Sequence record: NZ_CP044080.1
Source of the DNA: a plasmid
Reading direction: 5' to 3' (one strand)
Length of the DNA stretch: 64,000 bases
Position numbers and translations under genes: made by a program. Below are positions 51,357 through 64,000 of this stretch, piece by piece. How positions within the stretch are numbered: position 1 is the first letter of the stretch; every line of letters begins with the position of its first letter. The notes under the pieces were generated by a model, which saw nothing but the letters and a program-made list of their open reading frames with translations, was not told the DNA's origin and did no database searches.

Positions 51357-52253
51357 ATGAGCTATCTTCACTCCATGGCCTGCGACACGCAGGGGATCAG
51401 ACCCACGGTGCCCGTGCAATGGCGGGGGCTCGACGGGCTGGTCGGCGTCTACTGGCAGGCCGAGGGGCGGGCCGGCGCCAGCGGCTACTACCTGTCGCCG
51501 GACCCGCGGATCGTCTTTTTCCTGAACGACGTGTCGGGCCATATCCGCGTCTCGAACCAGGACGATCCGGCGGCGGGCGGGCGTCCGATGGTGCGGGCGC
51601 TTTATGTCCCGGCCGGCGTGCCGATGTGGACGCGGTTTTCCGCCAACCATGCGTTCGCGCATCTGGACCTGCATGTGCACCGCGACCGGCTGCTGCGCTT
51701 TCTGGCGCCGTCGCTCGGCCGGTCGCAGGCGCTCACCGCCCTGCGCCGCCCCGTCGAGATGCAGGACGCCCCCGCGCTCGACACCCTGGCGCGCCTGCTG
51801 ATCGACGAGATCGCCTCGCCCACGCGCCACGGCGTCTATGCCGAGAACCTGGTCGGCAGCGTCTTCGGTTATCTGCTGCAGGCGAGCGGGCCCGCGCAGG
51901 ACCCCGCGCCGGGGCTGACCGCCGCCCAACTGGCCGCGCTCGAAGCCCGACTGGCAGAGCGGCCTGACCACCGGATGAGCGTGGCCGAGATGGCGGACTG
52001 CCTGGGCCTGTCGGAAAGCTGGTTCGCGCATCGCTTCAAGGCGGCGACAGGCACCACGCCGCTGCAATGGCAGCTGTCCCGCCGGGTCGAGCGCGCGCAG
52101 CACCTGCTGCTGCACTCCGACCTGCGGCTGGCCGATATCGCGGGGCAGCTGGGCTTTGCCGACCAGGCGCATCTGACCCGGGTGTTCCGGCAGACCTGCG
52201 GCGCACCGCCCGCCGCCTGGCTGCGCCAGAACCGCCAGCCCCGGCCCTGCTAG
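51357..52253 (+). CDS. AraC-family transcriptional regulator
   Basis: C-terminal AraC HTH pair (MSVAEMADCLGLSESWFAHRFK...ADIAGQLGFADQAHLTRVFRQ). Confidence 0.8.
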   Translation: MSYLHSMACDTQGIRPTVPVQWRGLDGLVGVYWQAEGRAGASGYYLSPDPRIVFFLNDVSGHIRVSNQDDPAAGGRPMVRALYVPAGVPMWTRFSANHAFAHLDLHVHRDRLLRFLAPSLGRSQALTALRRPVEMQDAPALDTLARLLIDEIASPTRHGVYAENLVGSVFGYLLQASGPAQDPAPGLTAAQLAALEARLAERPDHRMSVAEMADCLGLSESWFAHRFKAATGTTPLQWQLSRRVERAQHLLLHSDLRLADIAGQLGFADQAHLTRVFRQTCGAPPAAWLRQNRQPRPC

Positions 52254-52450
52254 GCAGCCGTTGCCGAAAAGTCACAGGCTCTGCCGGTCATGGCAGGGCC
52301 GGACAGCTTTCGACAAGAACCGTGGAATCCTTCAAGACAGCGGCCCCCGCCACCCCGTAACCGCGCGGCTACGACACCGATCCAGCCAGGGCCTCCCGAC
52401 CGCCGACGCCAGCCAGATCTCCGCGATAGTCCATACCACAGGAGCGCCTT

Positions 52451-54586
52451 ATGGCTGAGCATCGACCCGGTTTCGGCCGGACCCCATCCCTGTCCCATCG
52501 TGCCGCCCGGTCCCTGCTCTGGTCGGGAACCGCGATCCTTCTGGCCAGCAGCGCGCTGGCGCAGGACAGCACGGACAGCGAAACCGACCAGCCGATCCGG
52601 CTGTCCCCCGTCATCCTGCAGGCCGGCGCATCGGTCGACGACGACGCTAATGCGATCGTCGCGCGCGAGCTTTGGGTCGGCGGCAAGGTCGCGACCAGCA
52701 TCCTCGACACGCCCGCCTCGGTCTCGGTCATCACCGCCAAGGAAATCGAGGTCCGCAATGCCCAGACCGTCGAGGAGGTGCTGCAATATTCCGCCGGCAC
52801 GGTGACGGACTATTACGGCAGCGACGACCGCAACGATTACTACCTGGTCCGCGGCTATCAGGCGACGACCTACCGCGACGGGCTGACGCTCGGCTCGATG
52901 CGCGGTGTGCGCGAAGAACCCTTCGCCTACGAGCGGGTCGAACTGCTGCGCGGCGCGAATTCGACGCTGTTCGGCATGGCCGATCCCGGCGGCTCGGTCA
53001 ACTTCGTGACCAAGACCCCGCGCCCCGAGCGGTTCGGCGAGGTGCAGCTGACCTACGGCTCCTTCGACCATAAGGCGGCGGCGGTCGATTTCGGCGACCT
53101 GCTGAACCCCGAAGGGACGCTGGCCTATCGCTTCACCGCCAAGGTGCAGAAAAGCGATCTGGAATACGACTATTCCCGCGACGACGAGACCTTCCTGATG
53201 GCCGGCCTGGGCTGGGAGATCACGCCCGACACCAAGCTGAATGTCGTGCTGGACTATCTCAAGCGCGACGGCACGCCGAACAGTGGCGGCTATCCGCTGG
53301 ACCGCGAATACGACCGCGGCGATTTCTTTGGCGAGCCCGACTTCAACGACCACGATGTCGAACGCAAAAGCATCACCGCCATGCTGTCGCATGACTTCGG
53401 CAACGGGCTGAGCCTTCAGGGCAATCTGCGCTACAGCGACCTGAGCGACGATTTCGGCTATGTCTACCTTTTCGACTATGCCGGCCGGCCCGGCACGACG
53501 CTCTCGCGCTATTACTACGGCCAGGATTCCAGCGGCCACGAACTGATCGGCAACGCGATCCTGAAATACGACGCCAGCTTCGCGCGCTTCGACAGCAGCA
53601 CGCTGGCCGGGGTCGAGTTCCGCGATGCCGCGACGGACCAGACCAGCTATTACGGCCCGGCCTCCTCCATCGACATCGCTGATCCGGTGTTCTCCGGCGC
53701 GCCCTCGGCGCTGACCGTCTACAGCGAAGCCAAGAACGACTATCGCGCCAAATCGGCCTTCCTCACCCAGAACCTGTCCTTCGACGACCGCTTCATCGCC
53801 ACCGTCGGCCTGCGGCACGACTGGCTGGATCTGTCCAGCAGAGGCCAGTCCTCCGGGGCTGCCTTCGACGACAGCGACGACTTCTCGGAAACCTCGTGGC
53901 GCGGCGCGCTGACCTACAAGGTCACGCCCGAGATCTCGACCTATGTCAGCTATGTCGAATCGGTGGCGCCGCCCGCGATCGGTGTCGAGCCCGAGCGCGG
54001 CGAGCAATACGAGATCGGCGTGAAATACGAACCGGCCGGAACCGATGCGCTGATCTCGGCCTCGGTCTATGACCTCAAGCAGGAAAACATCACCGTGGCC
54101 GAGGTCCAGGACGATGGCAACATCATCCGCCGCACGGTCGGCAAGACCCGCGTGCGCGGTTTCGACATCGAGGGCAAGGCGCAGCTTGATGACAACCTCA
54201 GCCTGCTGGCCTCGTATTCCTACATGGATTCGGAATATGTGAACGACCCGAACTACAAGGGCCGCCAGTTCGCCTCGGTCCCGAACCACCTGGCCTCGGT
54301 CTGGGTCAATTACACCGTGCCGGGCAGCGGCGCGCGGGGCGACATGACCCTGGGCTTGGGCGCGCGCTATGTCGGCTCGTATTACTTCAACGGCGCCAAC
54401 ACCGGCGGCAAAAGCGAGGCGGCGACGCTGCTGGACCTGGCCTTCAGCTATCAGGTGCAGGAAAACACCGACCTGACGCTGCATGTCGCCAACCTCCTGG
54501 ACGAACAGCATGTCGTCGGCACCGGCACGGCCGATTACTACAACCCCGGCCGCAGCGTGCAGGCCACCCTGATCCGCCGCTGGTAA
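52451..54586 (+). CDS. TonB-dependent siderophore receptor
   Basis: Signal peptide, plug (VSVITAKEIE, NAQTVEEVLQ), beta-barrel, and a C-terminal Phe/Trp terminus (LIRRW). Confidence 0.85.
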   Translation: MAEHRPGFGRTPSLSHRAARSLLWSGTAILLASSALAQDSTDSETDQPIRLSPVILQAGASVDDDANAIVARELWVGGKVATSILDTPASVSVITAKEIEVRNAQTVEEVLQYSAGTVTDYYGSDDRNDYYLVRGYQATTYRDGLTLGSMRGVREEPFAYERVELLRGANSTLFGMADPGGSVNFVTKTPRPERFGEVQLTYGSFDHKAAAVDFGDLLNPEGTLAYRFTAKVQKSDLEYDYSRDDETFLMAGLGWEITPDTKLNVVLDYLKRDGTPNSGGYPLDREYDRGDFFGEPDFNDHDVERKSITAMLSHDFGNGLSLQGNLRYSDLSDDFGYVYLFDYAGRPGTTLSRYYYGQDSSGHELIGNAILKYDASFARFDSSTLAGVEFRDAATDQTSYYGPASSIDIADPVFSGAPSALTVYSEAKNDYRAKSAFLTQNLSFDDRFIATVGLRHDWLDLSSRGQSSGAAFDDSDDFSETSWRGALTYKVTPEISTYVSYVESVAPPAIGVEPERGEQYEIGVKYEPAGTDALISASVYDLKQENITVAEVQDDGNIIRRTVGKTRVRGFDIEGKAQLDDNLSLLASYSYMDSEYVNDPNYKGRQFASVPNHLASVWVNYTVPGSGARGDMTLGLGARYVGSYYFNGANTGGKSEAATLLDLAFSYQVQENTDLTLHVANLLDEQHVVGTGTADYYNPGRSVQATLIRRW

Positions 54587-54718
54587 CGACCGCCTGCGGG
54601 CTGCCGTTCCGACGGTGGCCCGTGTGCTGTCCGGGCGGCCCAATCCGTTCCAGACCGTCCCGCCTTGCCTTGACCTGCGCGGGACGGCATGAAGCCCGCC
54701 ATCCCCGAAGGAGCGCGC

Positions 54719-55723
54719 ATGACACCCCGAGACCGTATCCGCCTGCCGCTGGTCCTGGCCCTTGGCGCCATTCTGGCCCCGCTCGCGGGCCATGCCCAGA
54801 CCGCGCCCGAGACGTCCTTTCCCGTCACCGTCCGCCACGCCCTGGGCACGACCACCATCCCGGCCAGGCCGCAGCGCATCGCCACCGTCGCTTGGGCCAA
54901 CCAGGAGGTGCCGCTGGCCCTGGGCATCGTGCCCGTGGGCATGGCACGCGCGAATTTCGGCGATGACGACGGCGACGGGGTGCTGCCCTGGGTCGCGGCC
55001 CGGCTCAAGGAGCTGGGGGCCGAGACCCCGGTGCTGTTCGACGAGGGCGACGGCATCGACTTCGAGGCGGTGGCCGCCACCCGCCCGGACGTGATCCTGG
55101 CCGCCCATTCCGGGCTGACCCGGGCCGATTACGAAACGCTCAGCCAGATCGCGCCGGTGGTGGCCTATCCCGACCAGCCCTGGACGACCGGATGGCGCGA
55201 CATGATCCGGCTGGACAGCGCCGGCATGGGCATGGCGGCCGAGGGCGAGGCGCTGATCCGCCGGCTCGAGGGGCAGATCGCCGACACCGTCGCCCGCCGT
55301 CCCGGCCTTGCCGGCAAGTCGGCGATGTTCGTCACGCATCTGGACACCACGAACCTCAGCCTCGTCAGCTTCTACACCACGCATGACACGCGGGTGCAGT
55401 TCTTTCACGACCTGGGCCTGACCTCGCCCAGCAGCGTGGTCGAGGCATCGGCCGACGGGCTTTACGCCGGCCAGATCAGCGCCGAGCGCATCGACGCCTT
55501 CGAGGACGTGGACATCGTCGTGACCTATGGCGGGCGCGCCCTGTTCGACGCCGTCAAGGCCGATCCCCTGCTGTCGCACATGCCGGCCGTGGCGCGCGAC
55601 GCGCTGGTGCTTCTGGGCAACGACCCGGTCGGCACGGCGGCCAGCCCGACGCCGCTGTCGATCCCCTGGGTGCTGGACGATTACGTCGCCCGGCTGGCCG
55701 AAGCGGCCGCCCGAACCGAATGA
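54719..55723 (+). CDS. Iron-siderophore ABC transporter substrate-binding protein (FepB/FhuD-like)
   Basis: Signal peptide MTPRDRIRLPLVLALGAILAPLAGHA. Type III periplasmic-binding-protein features. Confidence 0.8.
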   Translation: MTPRDRIRLPLVLALGAILAPLAGHAQTAPETSFPVTVRHALGTTTIPARPQRIATVAWANQEVPLALGIVPVGMARANFGDDDGDGVLPWVAARLKELGAETPVLFDEGDGIDFEAVAATRPDVILAAHSGLTRADYETLSQIAPVVAYPDQPWTTGWRDMIRLDSAGMGMAAEGEALIRRLEGQIADTVARRPGLAGKSAMFVTHLDTTNLSLVSFYTTHDTRVQFFHDLGLTSPSSVVEASADGLYAGQISAERIDAFEDVDIVVTYGGRALFDAVKADPLLSHMPAVARDALVLLGNDPVGTAASPTPLSIPWVLDDYVARLAEAAARTE

Positions 55724-56727
55724 CCGGGCCCGCCGCCCTGCCCCGCCGGGGGCTGGCGCTGCTGGCGCTGGCGCTGGCGGTCGTGGCGCTTTGCGCGCTG
55801 TCGGTCGCCGTCGGCACCCGCAGCGTCCCCTGGTCCGAGATCCTGGGCGCCCTGTCCGGCCGCACGGATACGATCGGAGAGGCCGCCGTCGCCGCCCGCC
55901 TGCCCCGCACCGCGCTGGCGCTGCTGGCCGGGGCGGCGCTGGGGATGGCGGGGGCGCTGTTGCAGGGCATCACCCGCAACCCGCTGGCGGACCCCGGCAT
56001 CCTTGGGATCAACATGGGCGCCGCGCTGGCCGTGGTGGTGGGCGTGGCGTGGTTTTCCATGACCTCGGCCCTGGCCTATATCGGGGCGGCGGTGCTGGGC
56101 GCCGGGCTGACGGCGGTCTTTGTCCAGGTCATCGGCTCGCTCGGACGCGGCGGGGCGACGCCGCTCAAGCTCGCGCTTGCGGGGGCCGCGACCTCGGTCG
56201 CCTTCTCGTCCCTGGTGATCGCGGTCGTGCTGCCGCGCAACGACATCGCCGGCGGCATCCAGTCCTGGCAGATCGGCGGCGTCGGCGGGGCGACATTCGC
56301 CCGCATCCTGCCGGTGCTGCCCATGCTGGCGGCGGGCCTGGCCATCGGCCTGATCTGGGCGCGGCGGCTGAACGCGCTGGCTCTGGGGGACGAGCTGGCG
56401 GCGGGCCTGGGCGAAAACGTCCTGCGCACGCGGCTGGTGGCGGGCCTTGCGGCGGTGCTGCTGGCGGGGGCCGCCACGGCCGTCTGCGGGCCCATCGGCT
56501 TTGTCGGCCTGGTCGTGCCGCACCTCTGCCGGCTGCTGGTCGGGACCGACCACCGCTGGCTTCTGCCCTTCTCGGCGCTGGCCGGGGCGGCGCTGCTGCT
56601 GGTCTCGGACGTCGCCGGCCGCCTCGTCGCCCGGCCCGGAGAGCTGGACGTGGGCATCGTCACCGCCTTTGTCGGCGCGCCCTTCTTCATCTGGATCGTC
56701 CGCCGGCAAAGGCTGCGCGAGCTATGA
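55720..56727 (+). CDS. Iron-siderophore ABC transporter permease (FecCD family)
   Basis: 335 aa with FecCD motifs (LAGAALGMAGALLQGITRNPLADPGILG). Confidence 0.85.
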   Translation: MTGPAALPRRGLALLALALAVVALCALSVAVGTRSVPWSEILGALSGRTDTIGEAAVAARLPRTALALLAGAALGMAGALLQGITRNPLADPGILGINMGAALAVVVGVAWFSMTSALAYIGAAVLGAGLTAVFVQVIGSLGRGGATPLKLALAGAATSVAFSSLVIAVVLPRNDIAGGIQSWQIGGVGGATFARILPVLPMLAAGLAIGLIWARRLNALALGDELAAGLGENVLRTRLVAGLAAVLLAGAATAVCGPIGFVGLVVPHLCRLLVGTDHRWLLPFSALAGAALLLVSDVAGRLVARPGELDVGIVTAFVGAPFFIWIVRRQRLREL

Positions 56728-57751
56728 CCGCGACTCTCGACACCGTCCGCGCGGCCCGCAGCCTGCGCCACCGCCGCCGCTCGCGCGGGCTGGCGGTCAT
56801 GGCGGGGCTGATCCTCGCGGGCCTTGCCCTGACGCTGAGCCTTGGCCAAAGCCTGACGCCCCCCGGCGACGTCTTGCGCGTGCTGATGGGCCAGGACGTG
56901 CCCGGCGCCAGCTTCACCGTGGGCCAGCTGCGGCTGCCGCGCGCGGTGCTGTCGATCCTGGCCGGGCTCTGCTTCGGCATGGGGGGCGCCGCGTTCCAGG
57001 TCATGCTGCGCAACCCGCTGGCCAGTCCCGACATCATCGGCATCACCTGGGGCGCCAGCGCCGCGGCGGTGCTGGCCATCGTCGTTCTGGGCATGACCGG
57101 ACCGGGCGTCGCCGTGTTGGCGGTCGCGGCGGGCCTGGGCGTCGCGCTGGCGATCTATGGCCTGGCCTGGCGGGGCGGCGTCGCCGGCACCCGGCTGATC
57201 CTGATCGGCATCGGCACCGCCGCCATGCTGCAGAGCGTCGTCGCCTATGCCCTGGCCCGCGCGCCCGCCTGGGACCTGCAACAGGCCATGCGCTGGCTGA
57301 CCGGCAGCGTCAACGGCGCGCAACTGTCCCAGGCCGCGCCGCTGGCGCTGACGCTTGCGCTGGCCGGGGGGGTGCTTCTGGCGCGCGCCCGCGACCTGGA
57401 AACGCTGCGCATGGGCGACGACACCGCCGCCGCGCTTGGCGTGCGGGTCGGGGCGACGCGCGTCGCCGTCACCCTGGCGGCGGTCGGGCTGATCGCCGTC
57501 GCCACCGCCTTCACCGGGCCCATCGCCTTCGTCGCCTTCCTGTCGGGCCCCATCGCGGCGCGGGTCATGGGCCGGACCGGCTCGATCCTGCTGCCGGCAG
57601 GGCTGGTCGGCGCGCTGCTGGTGCTGGCGGGCGACTATTGCGGCCAGTTTCTGATGCCCGGCCGCTATCCGGTCGGCGTCGTCACCGGGGCGCTGGGGGC
57701 GCCCTATCTGATCTATCTCATCATCCGGGTGAACCGGAGCGGAGGCTCGTT

Positions 57752-57755
<4 letters not shown>
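56724..57755 (+). CDS. Iron-siderophore ABC transporter permease (FecCD family), second
   Basis: Contains LAGLCFGMGGAAFQVMLRNPLASPDIIG. ATGA overlap with the upstream gene. Confidence 0.85.
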
Positions 57756-60596
<2,841 letters not shown>

Positions 60597-60653
60597 GGGA
60601 AACCTTGTGGGAATGGGACGCCGGGGACCGCTGCGGCCCCCGGCGCGCAGGCG

Positions 60654-61592
60654 TCAGTCGTAAAGCACCGCGGCGATCTCGGGGCTGTCGATGTTGGTCT
60701 TGTCGTACCAGAAAAAGCCGGTGTCGATGGACTTCGGGACCGTCTCGCCCTTGGCGGCGGCGACGGCGGCCTTGACCGTCTCATAGCCGATCCCGACCGG
60801 GTTCTGGGTGATCGCGCCCGCCATGGTCCCGTCGCGGATCGCGGCCTTTTGCGCCGCGCCCGAGTCGTAGCCGATGACCACGACCTTGGACCCCATCTCG
60901 CGCACCCCGTTCAGCACGCCGATGGCCGAGCCCTCGTTCGCGCCGAAGATGCCCTTGATGTCGGGGTTCGCGGCCAGGATCGCCTTGGTGATCTCGGTCG
61001 ATTTCAGCTGGTCGCCGTCGCCGTATTCGGTCGCGACGATCTGGATGTCGGGGTATGTCTCGGCGATGCGGTTCACGAAGCCGTCGCGCCGGTCGATCCC
61101 GGTGCGCGAGGTCTGGGAATGCACCACCAGCGCGATCTTGCCCGACCCGCCGATCAGTTCGGCCATCTTGTCGGCGGCAAGGGCCGAGGCGGCCAAGTTG
61201 TCCGTCGCCGCCGTCGCCACCGGAATGTCGCTGTCGACGCCCGAGTCGAAGGCGATGACCGGGATCTTGGCGTCCTGCGCCTGGCGCAGCAGCGGGATCG
61301 CGGCCTGGCTGTCCAGCGCGGCAAAGCCGATGGCGGCGGGCTTGTTGGCCAGGGCGGCGGCCAGCATGTCCATCTGCTTGTCGACCTGGGTTTCGTTGTC
61401 CGGCCCCTCGAAGGTGACGGTCACGCCCAGTTCCGCCCCGGCCTTGTCGGCGCCGACCTTGACCGCCTGCCAGAACTGGTGCTGGAACCCTTTCGAGATC
61501 AGCGGGATCAGCATCTTGTCCTGCGCCATCCCGGCGGTGGCGCTCAGCGCCAGCGCGGCGGCCGCGCCCATCAGCATGCGTCTTGTGAACAT
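60654..61592 (-). CDS. Sugar ABC transporter substrate-binding protein (monosaccharide/fucose-type, RbsB-like)
   Basis: Signal peptide MFTRRMLMGAAAALALSATAGMA. Type I periplasmic-binding-protein fold. Confidence 0.8.
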   Translation of the reverse strand: MFTRRMLMGAAAALALSATAGMAQDKMLIPLISKGFQHQFWQAVKVGADKAGAELGVTVTFEGPDNETQVDKQMDMLAAALANKPAAIGFAALDSQAAIPLLRQAQDAKIPVIAFDSGVDSDIPVATAATDNLAASALAADKMAELIGGSGKIALVVHSQTSRTGIDRRDGFVNRIAETYPDIQIVATEYGDGDQLKSTEITKAILAANPDIKGIFGANEGSAIGVLNGVREMGSKVVVIGYDSGAAQKAAIRDGTMAGAITQNPVGIGYETVKAAVAAAKGETVPKSIDTGFFWYDKTNIDSPEIAAVLYD

Positions 61593-61623
61593 CGGTTTCC
61601 TCCCTTGGTGTTCGGTTTCTTGG

Positions 61624-62622
61624 TCAGCCCGCCCTCCCCCGGCGCAGCTGGTCGGCATAGACGGCGACGATGATGATCGCGCCGGTCACGACGGTCTGCC
61701 ATTCCGGCGCGACCGACAGAACGCGCAGCCCGTTGGTCAGGACCGCCATGATCAGCGCGCCGATCAGCGTGCCCAGGATGGTGCCGCGCCCGCCCGCAAG
61801 GCTGGTGCCGCCGATCACCACCGCGGCGATCGCCTCAAGCTCGTATCCCAGCCCCAGCGCGGGCTGGGCCGAGTTCAGCCGGCTGGCGATCAGCAGGCCG
61901 CCGATGCCGACGATGCCGCCCGACAGCGCATAGATCGCCACCTTCCAGCGGTCGGTATCGACGCCCGACAGGCGCACGGCCTCCTCGTTCGATCCGAGCG
62001 CAAAGGTATAGCGCCCCAGCACCGTGCGCCCCAGGATCCAGGCGACCGCGCCCGCGACCAGGAACAGGATCAGGACGCCGTTCGGCACCGGGAATGCCGG
62101 GACCAGCGCGCCGATGACCGAGCCTTGGGCGATCTGCGTGAACCCCGGCGTGTCGTTGAAATAGATGGGCTTCGTGCCGGTCACGATCAGCGACAGCCCC
62201 TTCAGCATCAGCATCATCCCCAGCGTGGCGATGAACGGCGGGATCTTCATCTTGGCCACGAACGTCCCCGAGATCAGCCCGCAACACGCCCCCGTGGCGA
62301 TGGCGGCGACGATCCCCAGGGGCAGCGGCATGCCGCCCCAGGTCAGCACCACCCCGGCCATGACCGCGCAGAAGGTCATCAGCGTGCCGATGGACAGATC
62401 AATGCCTCCGGTGATGATGATCAGCGTCACGGCCACCGCCAGCACCCCGTTGACCGAGGCGGCCTGCAGGATCGCCATGATGTTTGTCATCTGAAAGAAG
62501 TTCGGGCTGGCCAGCGAAAAGCCCGCGACCAGCACGATCAGGCTGGCGAAGGCCAGGATCTTTTGCTGCGCCGCGCCGCGCCGGGCCTGCCGCGCGTCCA
62601 TGGTTCCCTCGCCTGCGCTCAT
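61624..62622 (-). CDS. Sugar ABC transporter permease
   Basis: About 332 aa from [12 protein letters not shown] with RbsC-like transmembrane helices. ATGA overlap with the ATPase gene stop. Confidence 0.8.
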   Translation of the reverse strand: MSAGEGTMDARQARRGAAQQKILAFASLIVLVAGFSLASPNFFQMTNIMAILQAASVNGVLAVAVTLIIITGGIDLSIGTLMTFCAVMAGVVLTWGGMPLPLGIVAAIATGACCGLISGTFVAKMKIPPFIATLGMMLMLKGLSLIVTGTKPIYFNDTPGFTQIAQGSVIGALVPAFPVPNGVLILFLVAGAVAWILGRTVLGRYTFALGSNEEAVRLSGVDTDRWKVAIYALSGGIVGIGGLLIASRLNSAQPALGLGYELEAIAAVVIGGTSLAGGRGTILGTLIGALIMAVLTNGLRVLSVAPEWQTVVTGAIIIVAVYADQLRRGRAG

Positions 62623-64000
62623 TCGACGACCATCCCTTCGCGTTGTGTGGCCAGCGCCATGATCCGTTCCTGGCTGGCGCCGCCCGGCAGGATGCCGGTC
62701 AGCCGCCCCTCGCACATGACGGCGATGCGGTGCGACAGCCGCAGGATCTCCGGCAACTCGCTGGAAATCACGATGATCGCCTTGCCCGCCGCCGCCAGAT
62801 CGTTCAGCAGCCGGTAGATTTCCGATTTCGCGCCCACGTCGATGCCGCGCGTGGGCTCGTCAAAGATCAGGATGTCGCAATCGCGCAGCAGCCATTTCGC
62901 GATCACCACCTTCTGCTGGTTGCCCCCCGACAGCAGCCGCACCGGCTGGCGGTCGTGCGGCGTGCGGATGCGCAGCCGCGCGATATAGTCCCGCGCGATC
63001 CCGGCCAGCGCGCGTTCGTCGATCCGCCCGAGGGCGTCGGCGTGGCGGCCCAGGCTTGCCAGCGCGATATTGTCGCGCACGTCCATCCCCAGCGCCAGGC
63101 CATAGTGCTTGCGATCCTCGGACAGATAGCCGATGCCGGCGCGCACGGCATCAGAGGGGCTGCGGATCAGGGCGGGCTTGCCATGCACCAGAACCTCGCC
63201 CGCCTCGGCGGGTTCGGCCCCAAAGATGGCGCGGGCGGTCTCGGTGCGGCCCGCCCCCATCAGCCCGGCAAAGCCTAGGATCTCGCCCTTTTTCAGCGAA
63301 AAGCTGACGCCCCGCACCTCGCGCCCGCGCGTCAGGTTCCGCACCTCCAGCGCGACCGGGGCCGCGCTCAGATCGGGGATGCTGACGGTTTCCTCGCCGA
63401 TCTCGCGGCCGACCATCATGGCGATGATGCGCGCCATGGGGGTGTCCGCCGCCTCGACCGTGCCGACATGGGCGCCGTCGCGCATGACGGTGATGCGGTC
63501 GGCGATGCGCTTGATCTCGTCCATCTTGTGGCTGATGTAGACGATGCCCACGCCCTCGGCCCGAAGCTGGCGGATGATGGTGAACAGTTCCGCGATCTCG
63601 GCCTCGGTCAGGGCGGCGGTCGGCTCGTCCATGATCAGGACGCGGGACCGGTGCGACAGCGCCTTGGCGATCTCGACCATCTGCTGACGGGCGATGGTCA
63701 GCCCGCCCACGGCGCCGCGCGGGTCGATGCCCAGGTTCATGCGCCGGAACAGGGCGGCGGTGTCGGCGTTCTGGCGCGCCTCGTCGATGCGGCCCCAGGA
63801 CAGGCGCGGCTCGCGCCCGATCCAGATGTTCTGCGCCACGGTCAGGTCGCGCATCAGGGCCAGTTCCTGATGGATGATGCCGATGCCCAGATCCTGCGCT
63901 GCCTTGGGCGAGGGCACGCCGACCTCGGCCCCGTCGATCAGGATGCGCCCGCCGTCGGGCTGATAGACCCCCGACAGGATCTTCATCAGCGTGGACTTGC
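62619..64000 (-). CDS. Sugar ABC transporter ATP-binding protein, 5'-partial (runs off window end)
   Basis: Tandem ABC domains ([21 protein letters not shown]). The N-terminus lies beyond 64000. Confidence 0.8.
   Translation of the reverse strand, partial: KSTLMKILSGVYQPDGGRILIDGAEVGVPSPKAAQDLGIGIIHQELALMRDLTVAQNIWIGREPRLSWGRIDEARQNADTAALFRRMNLGIDPRGAVGGLTIARQQMVEIAKALSHRSRVLIMDEPTAALTEAEIAELFTIIRQLRAEGVGIVYISHKMDEIKRIADRITVMRDGAHVGTVEAADTPMARIIAMMVGREIGEETVSIPDLSAAPVALEVRNLTRGREVRGVSFSLKKGEILGFAGLMGAGRTETARAIFGAEPAEAGEVLVHGKPALIRSPSDAVRAGIGYLSEDRKHYGLALGMDVRDNIALASLGRHADALGRIDERALAGIARDYIARLRIRTPHDRQPVRLLSGGNQQKVVIAKWLLRDCDILIFDEPTRGIDVGAKSEIYRLLNDLAAAGKAIIVISSELPEILRLSHRIAVMCEGRLTGILPGGASQERIMALATQREGMVVE

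Overview
High-GC (roughly two-thirds G+C) chromosomal segment whose gene content and GTTC-N7-GTTC SOS box indicate an alphaproteobacterium, probably Rhodobacterales-like.

Left end, 1-8.9 kb: an insertion-sequence scar zone.
- A 5'-partial IS3-family element abuts an N-terminally truncated LysR gene.
- A degraded minus-strand IS3 element carries a nested, intact-looking IS30 transposase.
- A remnant otnK/otnC pair (3-oxo-tetronate kinase and decarboxylase) and a DUF72 gene lie between the insertion sequences.
- An IS407-like IS3-family element (IRs TGAAGTGGTCC / TGAGTGGTCC) has deleted the 5' half of an amino-acid permease gene located upstream of an asparaginase gene.

Middle, 10.5-17.8 kb: a FUSC-family exporter and a LuxR-family regulator are followed by a tightly coupled three-gene haem-protein operon. 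It encodes a secreted di-haem c-type cytochrome (two CxxCH motifs), a catalase-related mini-catalase, and an animal-haem-peroxidase/cyclooxygenase-like protein retaining the COX catalytic Tyr/His motifs. This is a candidate bacterial oxylipin (fatty-acid dioxygenation) system and the most unusual content of the window.

Then, 17.8-34.4 kb:
- DUF3008 and DUF2934 small proteins.
- glgX and glgC without glgA or glgB.
- A partly low-GC, probably horizontally acquired glycosyltransferase cluster: a pyruvyl-transferase-like protein, a GT4, a fused GT2-GT4, and three hypothetical proteins, with no export genes, behind an AT-rich leader carrying a CGCGTTAACGCG palindrome.
- An alpha/beta hydrolase.
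- The conserved UDG-family-4/DUF4130 plus radical-SAM gene pair, preceded by a perfect alphaproteobacterial LexA box.

Right half, 34.5-64 kb: ordinary catabolic and uptake loci.
- A TetR regulator and a complete myo-inositol locus: iolB, iolE, iolD, an iolC-DUF2090 fusion, two Gfo/Idh/MocA dehydrogenases, two TIM-barrel isomerases, an ABC transporter and a LacI regulator. Its intergenic regions carry repeated motifs and hairpins.
- A PACE efflux gene with a divergent LysR regulator.
- An AraC regulator with a TonB-dependent receptor and FecBCDE-type siderophore ABC uptake genes.
- An L-fuconate dehydratase/SDR locus with a sugar ABC transporter that runs off the window end.

Many long GC-driven antisense ORFs in the six-frame track are judged spurious.
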